DNA of 64,000 bases, from the NCBI RefSeq assembly GCF_009914755.1, contig NC_060925.1; one strand, written 5' to 3'. The notes below the pieces were generated by a model. The model saw only the letters and a program-made list of their open reading frames with translations. It ran no database searches and was not told where the DNA came from. The translations under genes were made by a program, and so were the position numbers. The stretch is from the human T2T-CHM13v2.0 reference genome, Homo sapiens. This document shows, in pieces, positions 62,744 to 64,000 of this stretch. How positions within the stretch are numbered: position 1 is the stretch's first letter; each line of letters opens with the position of its first letter.

Positions 62744-64000
62744 AAAAATGGGACCATCTTACACGTACTGTTTGCCAATTTGCTTTTTCCATTTACAACA
62801 CACTTAGCAGAGCCTAGGCAGGTTACTTAGCATTTCTGGAAGACTAAAAGAGATGATGTAGAAAGTGCCAAGCACGGTGCCTGGTCCACAGGTGGCTGAA
62901 GTATCAGTCCCCACCCATTCCCTTGTTGACCTGCTCTACCTACAGCCAGGCAACCCTTTGCCGTGGATCTCTGGCCTCCAGCACTTGCAGCTTATCTGTG
63001 TGCCACCCGCTTGTGCAGGCCCACCCTGCTGGTAAGGCCACCCTGCTGGTGAGGCCACTCTGCAGGGAGGAAACTGGGGCTAAAGAGCCTCTTTGCCCAA
63101 ATTAGTTTTGGTGTGGATGGTATGGGGCAGGGCAAAAAACACTCACGCTGGCCTCTGCCTGCTAATGTGAACAGGGGAACCCAGCAGGAAACAGAGCAAC
63201 CTGATCTAACCCCAGGTGAGGTGTGTCACATACCTGGCAGTGGCAGCAGCTGCATAATGAAAGTGAGACTTAGGGCCACCTGGATACAGGCGCTCCTGGT
63301 GCTCACTGATGCATCAGGAGCCATGCAGAGAAGCCCAGGACATGGGAAAGAACCCAGATAGTCTGTCTCTTCCAGGCACACACCAGCTGAGGAGGCCAGG
63401 TGGCTGCATGAGCTCCAGTCCACCCCAGCCCTTGACTGCAAGCCACTTCCTATCTCTGGGCCTCCTCTGTGAAATGGGGGTAGGCTGCTTCTCACAGGAT
63501 TGCAGCAATGTTTACACGGGGCAGTGCCTGCAGAGGGCCCATCACAGGGCCTGGCACACAGGGACAAATTCCTGAATGCTTAGAAACAGAAATGTTTGGA
63601 AGCAATGCTTCTAAAATGAAATGCCCAGATGTCTAATGGCATCCACCACTCTGCCCCAGCCCTGTTCCCTCAGGTATCAGGGTCTTGCTCACTGGGGCAC
63701 TTGGCAAATATCCCTCTGCTGCTGATTCTTGGAGGGCCTTTGGGTAAGGCTCTCTGTGCCTCACAGTCTTCTCCTTGGGAAATAAGGGAATCAGATCAGG
63801 TCTCCAAATATTTCAAAAGCTGGGCAAACCCCTCTGCCAAATCATAATCTTAGGGAGCATCTAATACATCAAATGGATGGCAGCAGAGCCACTTTGGGTA
63901 CAGTGGGGGTGGTGACTCCCCTTGGTCCCATCCCTCCTCAGCTTTCCTACCCCTGAGAGCCTCAAGGGAACACCTCAGAGCAGCTGGAAAGCTCTGGTCT

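Overview
Human genomic DNA, recognisable as the chr1p32.3 LEXM (C1orf177/CIMAP2) - DHCR24 region. The complete 10-exon LEXM CDS is on the + strand (ATG 2335, stop 38144-38146). My exon-by-exon reconstruction gives 418 aa with GT-AG introns throughout. The last four exons (6-9) and ~2.6-kb 3'UTR of DHCR24 are on the - strand, so the genes converge tail to tail ~7.4 kb apart. The rest is mostly interspersed repeats: ~30 Alus including a young AluYa5, a ~6.5-kb old L1 in LEXM intron 9, L2, MIR, MaLR/ERVL LTRs and hAT/Tigger relics. Nearly all listed ORFs are spurious. I found no convincing novel multi-gene system. The most unusual structure is a ~0.5-kb inverted duplication between the two poly(A) sites that encloses two sense and two antisense Alus. 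Also notable are the one-repeat-per-exon phase-0 architecture of LEXM with a motif-breaking Cys126, a stop codon inside the exon 9 donor, and fold-back insertions at L1 deletion junctions. Repeat subfamily names come from memory of consensus sequences and repeat boundaries are approximate.
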